64,000 bases of DNA, taken from the IMG/VR virus record IMGVR_UViG_3300037346_000668, positions 1 through 64,000 of that record. One strand, given 5' to 3'. Made by a program: the position numbers and the translations under genes. The number at the start of each line of letters is the position of its first letter. Within the stretch, counting starts at the first letter, position 1. The DNA is from a virus. Below the pieces are notes generated by a model that had not been told where the DNA came from, did no database searches, and worked only from the letters and a program-made list of their open reading frames with translations. This document shows positions 36,755-46,348 of the stretch, piece after piece.

Positions 36755-37303
36755 CTACTTTGCTTCCAGAACTATATCGATATAGTTACATTTGAATCCA
36801 AGTGTAAATGGTGTAAATTGATTTGTATTTGAAGCATAACTAAGCTGTAATTCGGAATATGACGTCAATATTGTTCCCTGAAATGTAACAGACATCACTA
36901 TATTTCCCTCATTATCCATGATTCTCAATGGGAGATCTTGTAGATGTAGCTGCGGATTTTCGAAATTCAAAAAATGAAGTATTGTATCTAACATTATAAA
37001 ATAGTTTATAAATCCATCAGCATTCTTGAAGCCAACAGTAAAATCTTGTGAAAATAGATCCTGAACAGGCGTTGAACTTTTATATGATATTTTCTTCCCA
37101 AGATTTCTAACTTGCTCAACCGAATCTATATTCATCCCAGGAAATCCGATAGTTTGAATGGTACTGTTCATATAATCATTTATATTATCAAACGGTATGG
37201 GCTGTTTTTTAATATATGGCAGGTATTTATCAACGACAACAGGTGGGAAGAATCCCCTAGGAAAAACAAAATAAAAACTATTACCTTTCGGATTTAATAA
37301 CAT
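36755..37303 (-). CDS. Tail tube-fold protein (gp3/gp19-like)
   Basis: 182 aa; IQTIGFPG, NYFIM, LRIMD..VTFQG, C-terminal FTLGFKCNY pattern. Confidence 0.55.
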   Translation of the reverse strand: MLLNPKGNSFYFVFPRGFFPPVVVDKYLPYIKKQPIPFDNINDYMNSTIQTIGFPGMNIDSVEQVRNLGKKISYKSSTPVQDLFSQDFTVGFKNADGFINYFIMLDTILHFLNFENPQLHLQDLPLRIMDNEGNIVMSVTFQGTILTSYSELQLSYASNTNQFTPFTLGFKCNYIDIVLEAK

Positions 37304-37324
37304 CTTCTAATCAATTTTTTTAAA

Positions 37325-39679
37325 TTAAATACCAAAAATACCTCTTCCACCCAACTTTCTTAGTGTTGCTGGTGCTAATATACCTTTACCTGCTTTAATA
37401 ACATCAGCCTTGGTTATTTTAGGATATTTGATTCTTCCTGGTTTTCCAGGATTAAGGAAATAGTTAGTTATCGTTTGATCTGCCCAACCGATAGCTTTAT
37501 ATCCCCGCATTTCAGCACTAAGAGATGCTATCATAGCACTTCCCATTAGTGTTTGATTTGTTGATACAGATGCTGGAGCTCCTATTCCTTTAATTCCTGA
37601 ACCTGAGGTAGCAGGAAGTATAGATCTTATTGAAGGAATAGGCGCATTTAGGGTTTCTAGAATGTCTACACTAGCTCCGGTAGCTCCAGTCGTAGATAAA
37701 TTAGTAGATCCAGTAGCTCCTGTAGCAAAATCTTCTTCACCATTCTTTTTCCAATATCCCCAATACATAACGGAGTTTGAATTATTGACAGGTGTTAATA
37801 TATTATTATGAGCAGCAGTATTAACATAATTGTTTGCCCCTTTTATATTATTATTTGAATCTCTCCTGTCAGAAATAACATTTTCTATTGTTTTTTCTAA
37901 AACATTATTAGTAACACCACTATTAACAGTTACAGTGCTTTTATCCGTTGCTGAAAGAGATGTTTGGTTTATAGATACACCATTAGTTATAAAGAATCTT
38001 CTATCGCTTAGCTGTAGAATCCTACTGGCAGCAGATTCATCAATCTTAAATGCAATCTCACCTAATGCTGGACTTGCTATATTATTATCCTTCAGAGATG
38101 GCATCTGTATTTTACTTCCACTAAGATATATAAACGAGATATTAAATTCACCAGAACTAGTAAGATCTATTGGTACAGGATCTCCAGAGGGTCCGCTTTT
38201 TATAAATTTGAATTTTATATAGGTGTCAAATGGGGATATAGCTATCGTCAATTTACCAGTGCCAACAGCGGTACTAGTAGAAGCACCTGTATCAACTCTT
38301 AGTGAATTATTAGTAAAAGTGAGACTATCCATACTCGCTGTAACATAGTTCTGATTTATAAAAACGTTAGTATATTTCAATATTTCCCTAGGAGCAGGTG
38401 AATTACTTCCCATGTTTATTGATGGCTGTGAGTATATTCTATTGTATATTTTCTGTACCTGTGGGAATGTGCTCAGCTGTATGGGCTTTATTTTTAATCC
38501 CCATTCGGAGGGATTACTAGATGAATATGATGATATTCTTATAGTTCTACTCTGATCTGCACTGTTAATTAATGTCATAGTATATCTCAAGGTAAAACTT
38601 ACAGCAACACCGGCATTTCTAACTATTGGTCTATAATAATTTGGTGAATCGTATGCAGTTGTTTGAATTGAATCAAAATATGAAGTTCTTATAAGTGAAG
38701 CACCTATCTGTTCAAGTACTTCTATCTGATGACCTATATAATAAGCATTACCAAGTGAATTTTGAAATAATATAAAATCCTCAATAAATCCCTCATTGTC
38801 AGTTGCATAAAATTCAAAGAATTCCCCTCTATCTGAGGGTCTTATCGTTGCACCTATGTTTGAAAATTGATCCTCCTGTTCAAGAGACAATGTTGCTATC
38901 TTTGATGAATCATATTTAGCATAACCTGCATAATCAACAGTACTCTGAATCTGCCATGCTGATATTCTGATTGGTGCATTATAAACAAAACCAAATCCAC
39001 TATGACTTATTAAGCCAGCTAGAGTCTGCGGTTTAAATCCAGGTGATGATGCCTGATATTTATTGTTCATATCCCTAAGATTAGGGATCTTTATTTCTAT
39101 GTACTTATCATAGATATTTGAACCTATAGTAACAGGGTTTGGGTTTAGATTATAATCATCATTAGTTCCCTTTTTTATTAATATTTGGGAAACCGTGACC
39201 AGAGTTGTATCAACATCTTCATAATCAACGGACATTATTAATCCATCAGTATTACCAAGATTATAACCTGCTCTTATGTGATATCTAATAGAATCATAGA
39301 TAACGAGAAGATTTGAAGGAAAGACCGTAGGTAAATTGATACTGTTTGTTAGCTCATCAGAATAGTCATTGAAGGGTATAATAAGATTTGAATCAAGCGT
39401 AACAAATGAATTTTCGCCGATCTTAACAACACTATTTTGTGTCGTGTTATGAGTTATTTGATAATCATTATTAGGATTGAATATCTGAACCGCACCTGAT
39501 CTGAACCCATTTATAAGTTTATCGTAACCAACAGTCGATGGACCACTATTTACGAAATGTGTTTCCGGTTGAGGTTGGTCCGCATACATATACTCCATAA
39601 GTAAATATGGTGTTATCTGAACGAACTTAGAAGATGTGCTAAATGCCATTTTATTTTTTATTTTCCAAATTGAAGCCAC
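37325..39679 (-). CDS. Putative virion structural protein
   Basis: 784 aa, S/T/N-rich beta pattern, in structural cluster; true start probably MAFSTSSK. Confidence 0.6.
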   Translation of the reverse strand: MASIWKIKNKMAFSTSSKFVQITPYLLMEYMYADQPQPETHFVNSGPSTVGYDKLINGFRSGAVQIFNPNNDYQITHNTTQNSVVKIGENSFVTLDSNLIIPFNDYSDELTNSINLPTVFPSNLLVIYDSIRYHIRAGYNLGNTDGLIMSVDYEDVDTTLVTVSQILIKKGTNDDYNLNPNPVTIGSNIYDKYIEIKIPNLRDMNNKYQASSPGFKPQTLAGLISHSGFGFVYNAPIRISAWQIQSTVDYAGYAKYDSSKIATLSLEQEDQFSNIGATIRPSDRGEFFEFYATDNEGFIEDFILFQNSLGNAYYIGHQIEVLEQIGASLIRTSYFDSIQTTAYDSPNYYRPIVRNAGVAVSFTLRYTMTLINSADQSRTIRISSYSSSNPSEWGLKIKPIQLSTFPQVQKIYNRIYSQPSINMGSNSPAPREILKYTNVFINQNYVTASMDSLTFTNNSLRVDTGASTSTAVGTGKLTIAISPFDTYIKFKFIKSGPSGDPVPIDLTSSGEFNISFIYLSGSKIQMPSLKDNNIASPALGEIAFKIDESAASRILQLSDRRFFITNGVSINQTSLSATDKSTVTVNSGVTNNVLEKTIENVISDRRDSNNNIKGANNYVNTAAHNNILTPVNNSNSVMYWGYWKKNGEEDFATGATGSTNLSTTGATGASVDILETLNAPIPSIRSILPATSGSGIKGIGAPASVSTNQTLMGSAMIASLSAEMRGYKAIGWADQTITNYFLNPGKPGRIKYPKITKADVIKAGKGILAPATLRKLGGRGIFGI

Positions 39680-40506
39680 TTAGGGGAGTAGCTTATCCCA
39701 AATCCTACATAATATCCAGGGTATATACCAGTGGTATTTCCATGAAGACCATATCCAACCTGAAGTCCAAGGCCAAAAGGTTTTCTTGCTGCTTTTAAAG
39801 CTGCTCTTGTATCAGGATCGTCAGTAATATCGAAAGAATTAACGTCACTAAAAGTCATGTCTGGAAATGTCGTACTAACTCTAGTCATAAGCCTCTTAGA
39901 CTTTGGCTCTCTATAAATACCAGTAACTATATCAATTTTTTGATTAACCGACAATTCAGTTTCACCTGGAATGACTTTTCCTATATACTTTGTAGAATCC
40001 GAAGGATCCCTATTTATCTCCAATCTGTATCCCGTTTTACCTGCTATTTTAAGCTGATTGTTACCTACTAATTTTGGATTATAAGTAAAAGTTATATATT
40101 CATTCCCATTTGGGTCCTTAACTATAGTAGAAGGTATGGATTTAAAATTTCCATCATATTGTCCTGTTGTCTGTATAACTATATTAGGCGTCGTACCTCT
40201 TCCATTAGACTTCAACCCAAGTTGATGTATAAGTTCTTTCTGATCGTCGCTTAATTCAGCTACAGTGAGCTCGTACGCGGACTTCTCAACTATAGCGTGA
40301 TTAAGATCTCTCTTTATAGTTCTAACAGAATCCTGCGAAGCAAGATAATTATTATGCTGTCTTTTAGCTTCTGCTTTAGCGGCATCAGCAGCTCCGCATT
40401 GTTTCAGCAAAGACATTACAACAATTGCAAGTGTAGCAATAAGAAATATTCTGCTACCCATCACGTCGGTAATTTTTTTAAAATTTCCTCTAGTAAAATA
40501 ATTCAT
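39658..40506 (-). CDS. Membrane-anchored coiled-coil protein, spanin-like candidate
   Basis: N-terminal TM then LLKQC, coiled coil, C-terminal amphipathic beta-hairpin FGLGLQVGYG..YVGFGISY. Confidence 0.45.
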   Translation of the reverse strand: MNYFTRGNFKKITDVMGSRIFLIATLAIVVMSLLKQCGAADAAKAEAKRQHNNYLASQDSVRTIKRDLNHAIVEKSAYELTVAELSDDQKELIHQLGLKSNGRGTTPNIVIQTTGQYDGNFKSIPSTIVKDPNGNEYITFTYNPKLVGNNQLKIAGKTGYRLEINRDPSDSTKYIGKVIPGETELSVNQKIDIVTGIYREPKSKRLMTRVSTTFPDMTFSDVNSFDITDDPDTRAALKAARKPFGLGLQVGYGLHGNTTGIYPGYYVGFGISYSPKWLQFGK

Positions 40507-40512
40507 CTTGAT

Positions 40513-40755
40513 TTATTCTTTTTTCCATGTTAGAGTAAGTGGATCTAATGATCCATTCCCATATTTTTTGGTTAAATCCTTTATAAAAGATTTCTCAGAT
40601 TCTCTGCATTTTTCAAGATCAGATATTAATTTGAATGATCGATCATCCATAATCTTAATAGATTCCTCTATTTTAAAAATTTCCTGGTGGACTTTTATGA
40701 ATTTTTTGGATAATCTTAATAATCTTTCCTTTTCTTGGTCTGTTAGATCTTTCAT
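40513..40755 (-). CDS. Small coiled-coil protein
   Basis: 80 aa, ends KKYGNGSLDP; GATATATA at 40771-40778. Confidence 0.6.
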   Translation of the reverse strand: MKDLTDQEKERLLRLSKKFIKVHQEIFKIEESIKIMDDRSFKLISDLEKCRESEKSFIKDLTKKYGNGSLDPLTLTWKKE

Positions 40756-40799
40756 AATTTATTGTTTTATTATATATCAATTTTTTTATTAATCTATAT

Positions 40800-43700
40800 T
40801 TATGGTTCAGCAATGTATAGTATTTTATTATGGACTAATATACCATTAGCATAATAGGTATGGTTACCTTCTATTTCTAAATTATATACTTTAATTGGTT
40901 TATCATAACTTATTTCAGTAATTCCTTCAATAACTACTTGTTTATCAAATTCGTTTAATGCTATGTCACCTTCAATCAATTGAGATACTTCTAAATCATG
41001 TAATTGTAGTGAAGTACTTGGATCGAATGAGCTCCAACCTTTATCAATTATCCAAAATGGATGTTCTGGCGTACATTGTATAGAAGTTCCATCCGCAAAA
41101 TCTAATAATATAAGATTAACAGCAAATGGTTGTATTAAAGCTTTTACTATGCCAATTTCATTTTCTTCGTATTCTTCATTATAAGTTAAAATTTCATTTT
41201 TAACTTTAACTTCTTCAATTAACATCTTAATTCCATCCGGCAATGTAATGTACGTTCCTTCTACAAAACATCCACCACCATTACTACCGGATGATATAGA
41301 CTTAGATTGGGCCACGCATGATATATCATAGCTAAATCCGCTTTCTATCGTAATAGGATTTGAAAAATTATTAATTGTACCGCTCTCTGTTGTATTACCC
41401 GAAAATAAAACGGCAGTAATGCCGGTAGCCAATGATGTTCTAGTTATTAGAAGAGATGCATAAATACCCATGTATGTTGAACTACTACCGGAAGAAACCG
41501 ATGCATATATTTGATCGCCGACAGAATACGAAAGAGTACCATTACCTGAGATTTCTCTAAGAAGTACCCTATTAATAGTGGAAGTACCATTCTTGAATAT
41601 ATTACAGGATCCAGTTTGATTTCTATTAAATTCCCACGTAACAGTAGCACTTTGGCTTGTATTTGTTACTGGCGGTCCAGCTACTGAATAAACTCCGTTA
41701 CTGCCAAAATCAACATATCCGCTAATACCCTGACAATTTTTATAAAAAAGACGGGGAACAATATTAGCTGTGCTTGTTTTCGAAACCCACATAAGATCCA
41801 CATATTGGCATCCGGTAACACCAGTAGAGAAATTAACATACGATGTTACTGCTGTTGGTAATCCGGTATCAAATACCAATCCACTTATATAGCGAAGTTT
41901 AGGATCATTACCAGGATCATTTAGGAAAACTCTATAATTTGTTGTTGTACCGTCAGTATACACCGGGATATAATCACTGGATAGCGAGGATGGAACCTTA
42001 AGGTATACTCCGCCAATAGCACCAGATCCCGAAAATATAGTATTTAGAAATCCACCAACATAGGTAAATTTATTATTTACACTATCTAGTAACATTTTTT
42101 TGACCAGCCCTATAGGATAGGTATAGCCTGAATTTATAGTTCCGGGGCTTACCGGATTATGATATATCGATGCTGTAGTATCAATCATGCCAGTATTAAA
42201 CAATCTTACATATCCAGGTGTTGTGCTTCCATTATAGGTACTAAATCTACCGCCAACATAAACATAATCGTTTGTAAAATCAGTAGTAAAAATAAGATCA
42301 TTCACAATATCATTAAATCCGGTACCTGTTGAAAATGTAGTATCGAGATAAAAGTTAGATGCATTCTCATAATATCTCGCTATTCTGTTTCTTGGTGTTG
42401 AATTTATGGAGGTGAATGTTCCGCCTATATATACATAATAATCGATAGGGTTATATTTTACAACCGAAATTGCGGCATCGCTACTTATAAATGGTGAGAA
42501 TGTCATGCTACTAAATCCAGTACTAATATATTTGTTTGCAGTTGTTGCATTTATTTGTATTAGATTTATTGTCGGAAATGATGTTCCTGTTGAATTATTA
42601 TAGGTTGAAAAAGTTCCACCTATAATTATATTTCCTGATGGCATTATATCCAAACAGTATGGTATATTTGATCCTCCAATAAATCCCTGTCCGGAAAGCG
42701 AGCAAAATGGGGATATAAGCTGTCCCCTAGTTGCACCTACACCAGTTATTTTTACTAATTTATTTCGTGATGTGGTGTTATATGATGAGAAATTACCAAC
42801 AGCTATTATATTGTTACTTCCATCGAGTATTGCTTTATTAATAATAGCACCAGAATTGAATCCACCGTTTAAATTACTATTAAATGTCGAATCAATTTCA
42901 CCATCAAGATTCATTGATATGATTGACCACTTATTACTACTGTGCAAAAATGATCCATATACAAATATTTTACTTGTTGAATATGTGCCAGTATTATATA
43001 ATAATATACCATTAACGCTTAATACTGTATTTATGCTTATAGCGGAAATATTAGTTCTAAAAGTTGTGTTCAGTGACCCATTAGAATTAATTTTACATAT
43101 ACCTAATACTGTAGTAAGAGAACCGGTTTTAATTGGTTGTTCGTTATAATATTTGAAGTTACCAACACATATGATGCTACCGTCGGATAGTCTCACTGCA
43201 TCATTAACTATAGCATTATATTGATTCAATCCAGTTAAATCCACCTTAAAACCACTACCAAATATATTGAGTGGTGCAGAGTAATTAAAATTCATATCAG
43301 TCTCGCCAATCTTATAACTGTTTATAGAATCGCTTGTTGCACTACCATATGCAGTAGGTGTAGCAATTATATTATCATTTTCCCATGTTGTATTTGATGA
43401 TAGATCAAACACATCAACAAGATTACTGGTTGTTGTGGTTAGATATGCTCTAGCACTCAAACTTGTTGTCGATTGTCTTATTTCTTTAACTTTTTTAACA
43501 TGGTACGAAAAAGGTCCACCGGTTCCACCTGTATAACCTCCTGTTGATCCGATAATAGTTTGTGCAAAATTACCACTAGAAACAGATCCACTTGGTTTAG
43601 CAGATAGTATAGGATTTCCAGTATAATCATTGAATGTAAATGCAGTAGAATTCCCTGATATCACATCAGCAGAAATACCATTTTGATATGAAGGTGATGA

Positions 43701-44627
43701 TGGATTAGAACCCAATATATAGGTCGAACTTAAAGGTGATGTTATAGTTACACCGCCAAGATGACTAACAGATCCATTGGTTATTGCAAAATTAGTGGTT
43801 AATATATTTAAAAATCCACCAACACCAACAGTAATATTACTGGAGAAACCAAAATCTCCATCACCATGAACAGTAAACCCACCAAGATTGCTCCTCATTG
43901 TACAATATTCAGAGGTTATAAGGGTTCTAGCTAAATCGCTATCTATTAGGAAATCAAGATTTGTTGTAATATAGAAAGATCCACCACTATCAAACTTTAA
44001 ATCTGGATTACTGCCAACTGAATTCCAATAAAAAGAAGGGACGTCGGCTGATATTGCACCATTTTTAGAAAATGCCATTATGGGCCTATCAATCTGATCC
44101 AATGTTGACACTAAAACCTTCGAGTTATTTACATTTACCGTCGATGATGGTAAATATGAATCGTTTATAACTAGTGATGTATCAGCAGATCCTGTTATAC
44201 CTCCTGGATATTTAAACCCAATAACATATTTATCAATGGCTCCACCTGGTCCAAGAATATTGGAATACGATTTGAAATATTGTGAATTTAAAAATGTATA
44301 ACCACTATCATTCCACGTATTACTAGGAATTGGATAATTAAAAACTTTTATATTCCCATCCGTTATTGAATTATCAATCCATACATCATTAGTGTTTGGT
44401 GATAATGGCTCTGTTGGCTGCTTATACCAATTCGAGGCTCTAATACCGGATTCACCGGTTACCCCTCTTTTTCCAGCAGGTCCATATATACCAGTCGCTC
44501 CAATAGCTCCCTGATGTCCATCCTGTCCAACAGCAAAAGATAATATCTGATCAAAATTATAATTAATTTTTTCTGCTATATCTTTTTTGGTGTCTCCCTT
44601 AAATATGTATTTAGTATTGAAATGCAT
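40800..44627 (-). CDS. Tail fibre-like protein: collagen segment, beta-propeller (delta-60-like) repeats, C-terminal Hint domain
   Basis: GD..KINYNF, 10 GXY triplets, repeated GGxFxxYN..R..DTTF..GFN, Hint CFVEGT..TPEHPF..VYNLEI..LVHN. Confidence 0.75.
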   Translation of the reverse strand: MHFNTKYIFKGDTKKDIAEKINYNFDQILSFAVGQDGHQGAIGATGIYGPAGKRGVTGESGIRASNWYKQPTEPLSPNTNDVWIDNSITDGNIKVFNYPIPSNTWNDSGYTFLNSQYFKSYSNILGPGGAIDKYVIGFKYPGGITGSADTSLVINDSYLPSSTVNVNNSKVLVSTLDQIDRPIMAFSKNGAISADVPSFYWNSVGSNPDLKFDSGGSFYITTNLDFLIDSDLARTLITSEYCTMRSNLGGFTVHGDGDFGFSSNITVGVGGFLNILTTNFAITNGSVSHLGGVTITSPLSSTYILGSNPSSPSYQNGISADVISGNSTAFTFNDYTGNPILSAKPSGSVSSGNFAQTIIGSTGGYTGGTGGPFSYHVKKVKEIRQSTTSLSARAYLTTTTSNLVDVFDLSSNTTWENDNIIATPTAYGSATSDSINSYKIGETDMNFNYSAPLNIFGSGFKVDLTGLNQYNAIVNDAVRLSDGSIICVGNFKYYNEQPIKTGSLTTVLGICKINSNGSLNTTFRTNISAISINTVLSVNGILLYNTGTYSTSKIFVYGSFLHSSNKWSIISMNLDGEIDSTFNSNLNGGFNSGAIINKAILDGSNNIIAVGNFSSYNTTSRNKLVKITGVGATRGQLISPFCSLSGQGFIGGSNIPYCLDIMPSGNIIIGGTFSTYNNSTGTSFPTINLIQINATTANKYISTGFSSMTFSPFISSDAAISVVKYNPIDYYVYIGGTFTSINSTPRNRIARYYENASNFYLDTTFSTGTGFNDIVNDLIFTTDFTNDYVYVGGRFSTYNGSTTPGYVRLFNTGMIDTTASIYHNPVSPGTINSGYTYPIGLVKKMLLDSVNNKFTYVGGFLNTIFSGSGAIGGVYLKVPSSLSSDYIPVYTDGTTTNYRVFLNDPGNDPKLRYISGLVFDTGLPTAVTSYVNFSTGVTGCQYVDLMWVSKTSTANIVPRLFYKNCQGISGYVDFGSNGVYSVAGPPVTNTSQSATVTWEFNRNQTGSCNIFKNGTSTINRVLLREISGNGTLSYSVGDQIYASVSSGSSSTYMGIYASLLITRTSLATGITAVLFSGNTTESGTINNFSNPITIESGFSYDISCVAQSKSISSGSNGGGCFVEGTYITLPDGIKMLIEEVKVKNEILTYNEEYEENEIGIVKALIQPFAVNLILLDFADGTSIQCTPEHPFWIIDKGWSSFDPSTSLQLHDLEVSQLIEGDIALNEFDKQVVIEGITEISYDKPIKVYNLEIEGNHTYYANGILVHNKILYIAEP
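40827..41270 (-). other. Hint (intein-like) autoprocessing domain, 148 aa
   Basis: Cys1 at 41270, block B TxxH, terminal His-Asn followed by Lys. Confidence 0.85.
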
Positions 44628-44635
44628 GTTTTATA

Positions 44636-46318
44636 TTAATTTGCTATTGAATTATAAGTTGATATAACACCACATTGTGGTGTTATTAATGTTCCGCCCC
44701 AAGCTGAATAATAAACCCTGAACCATCTATTATTTTGTGAGGTTCCTCCTGATCCAGTCATATTTATTATAGTTATATCGATTGTTGATGCATATCCGTT
44801 TAATATAACATCAGATTGATAACCAGAAATAACAGGCGGGGTTTGTTCGTAATAGTCAGTATTTAAACCTATATATTTGAAACAGCTTCCTGTAGCACCA
44901 GGATTGTCGCTATGCACAGTAAAACTTATTGATTCGTAATTTTCCAGAAGATTTAGCCACCCACCGTTTTCACTATTAAGATATCCACCAGTTGCAGGTG
45001 TAAATATAGATATACCTCTATTCCCCGATGCTGCCAATGTGGATTTTCCTATAATGTGGTTTGATCCATTATTAACATAGTAGCAGCCATTAATAAACCC
45101 AGTTGTTGTTATTGATGGTATTACAGATACCCAATTAACAACACCGAATGGCGTTGGACTACTTCCACTTTCAGTAAGACTTTGAGATTCCTGGACAGAT
45201 CTTACTATCTTATCGCTATATGTTATACCATCTCCAGTTACAGTAAACAATTGGTAATAGGGGGAGCTTTGATAGAAATTCATCAGTACAGCATCGCTCA
45301 CCCCAGGTGAATTATAAAGGTATCTAAGATTTCCTGAATTTGTATCGCTGGAAATTAATTTTAATGCATATTCTGTTTCTGTATTTAATGTCTCTATATT
45401 TAATGAAGAATTAAAATAAAACTTATCAATATTCCATGATGCATTTTTGGTTGAAAATATAACTTTACCAGATCCGAGATTAAAAATTATATCACCACCA
45501 GAAACAAACTTTGCTATCTGTGAGGAATTTGAGAAGTAATTAAAACCCTCGCAATTTACTAGAAAATTGCCGACATTTGATTTTATACTAAAATATCCAT
45601 CTGAACCAGTGCCTCTCAGATTTACATTCAGTACTGAATTTTTCCATAATAATCCATAATCACCTCTTTCCGCAGTTGGACCAGGATTCCAAAAAATTCT
45701 TGGAGTTCTGCCAGTAAAATTTAGATCGTTTGTATGTTCATATTTACTAAATTCTAACAGATTTTTATCGGTTATGTTGCTGCCAGTCGCTATTACAAAT
45801 TTTGAATACTGCGGATTAACCGCTACGTTTGGTACAGTTGAGGAAGTCCCGCTTGAAAGTTGGGCATCACTTATAACTACAGTATAATTTAGAGGGGTCT
45901 GTGACGATATGAAATATCCGCTATATAAACTTGGTCCACTAAGAGTTGATAATGGGCTAAAGACATCAAACAAATCGGTTGATTTTATATTAAATCCATA
46001 ATATCCCCATCCGCTCGTTGTTGAAAATTGATAAACTAGATTTTCGGAATTTGTATCCAGCCAATAATCTCCATTAATAGACGATGCTAATGATGGCTGA
46101 CAAACGCCAACTGTCCATTTAGTTCCTCTGTATCCAGCACCACCATATGATCCAATAGGACCAGTTAGTCCTTTCGGTCCAATGGGACCTTTAGATCCTC
46201 TTCTGCCATAAGGTCCACCATCAAAACTAATAACTCTTTCAAAGTTATAATTTACCTTGTCAGTTAGATTTTTTTGAGAGTCGCCGTCCTCTATTCTTAG
46301 TAATTTTATAAGAGCCAT
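44636..46318 (-). CDS. Tail fibre/baseplate-like protein with collagen segment
   Basis: GD..KVNYNF + 10 GXY + GDYWLD; paralogue of both neighbours; GATATATA at 46343-46350. Confidence 0.65.
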   Translation of the reverse strand: MALIKLLRIEDGDSQKNLTDKVNYNFERVISFDGGPYGRRGSKGPIGPKGLTGPIGSYGGAGYRGTKWTVGVCQPSLASSINGDYWLDTNSENLVYQFSTTSGWGYYGFNIKSTDLFDVFSPLSTLSGPSLYSGYFISSQTPLNYTVVISDAQLSSGTSSTVPNVAVNPQYSKFVIATGSNITDKNLLEFSKYEHTNDLNFTGRTPRIFWNPGPTAERGDYGLLWKNSVLNVNLRGTGSDGYFSIKSNVGNFLVNCEGFNYFSNSSQIAKFVSGGDIIFNLGSGKVIFSTKNASWNIDKFYFNSSLNIETLNTETEYALKLISSDTNSGNLRYLYNSPGVSDAVLMNFYQSSPYYQLFTVTGDGITYSDKIVRSVQESQSLTESGSSPTPFGVVNWVSVIPSITTTGFINGCYYVNNGSNHIIGKSTLAASGNRGISIFTPATGGYLNSENGGWLNLLENYESISFTVHSDNPGATGSCFKYIGLNTDYYEQTPPVISGYQSDVILNGYASTIDITIINMTGSGGTSQNNRWFRVYYSAWGGTLITPQCGVISTYNSIAN

Positions 46319-46348
46319 TTATATAGTTTAATTATCTTAGACTATATA

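Noticed and set aside
40827-41270. Canonical mobile intein
   Set aside because: No endonuclease domain, +1 residue is Lys, and the C-extein is only 8 aa
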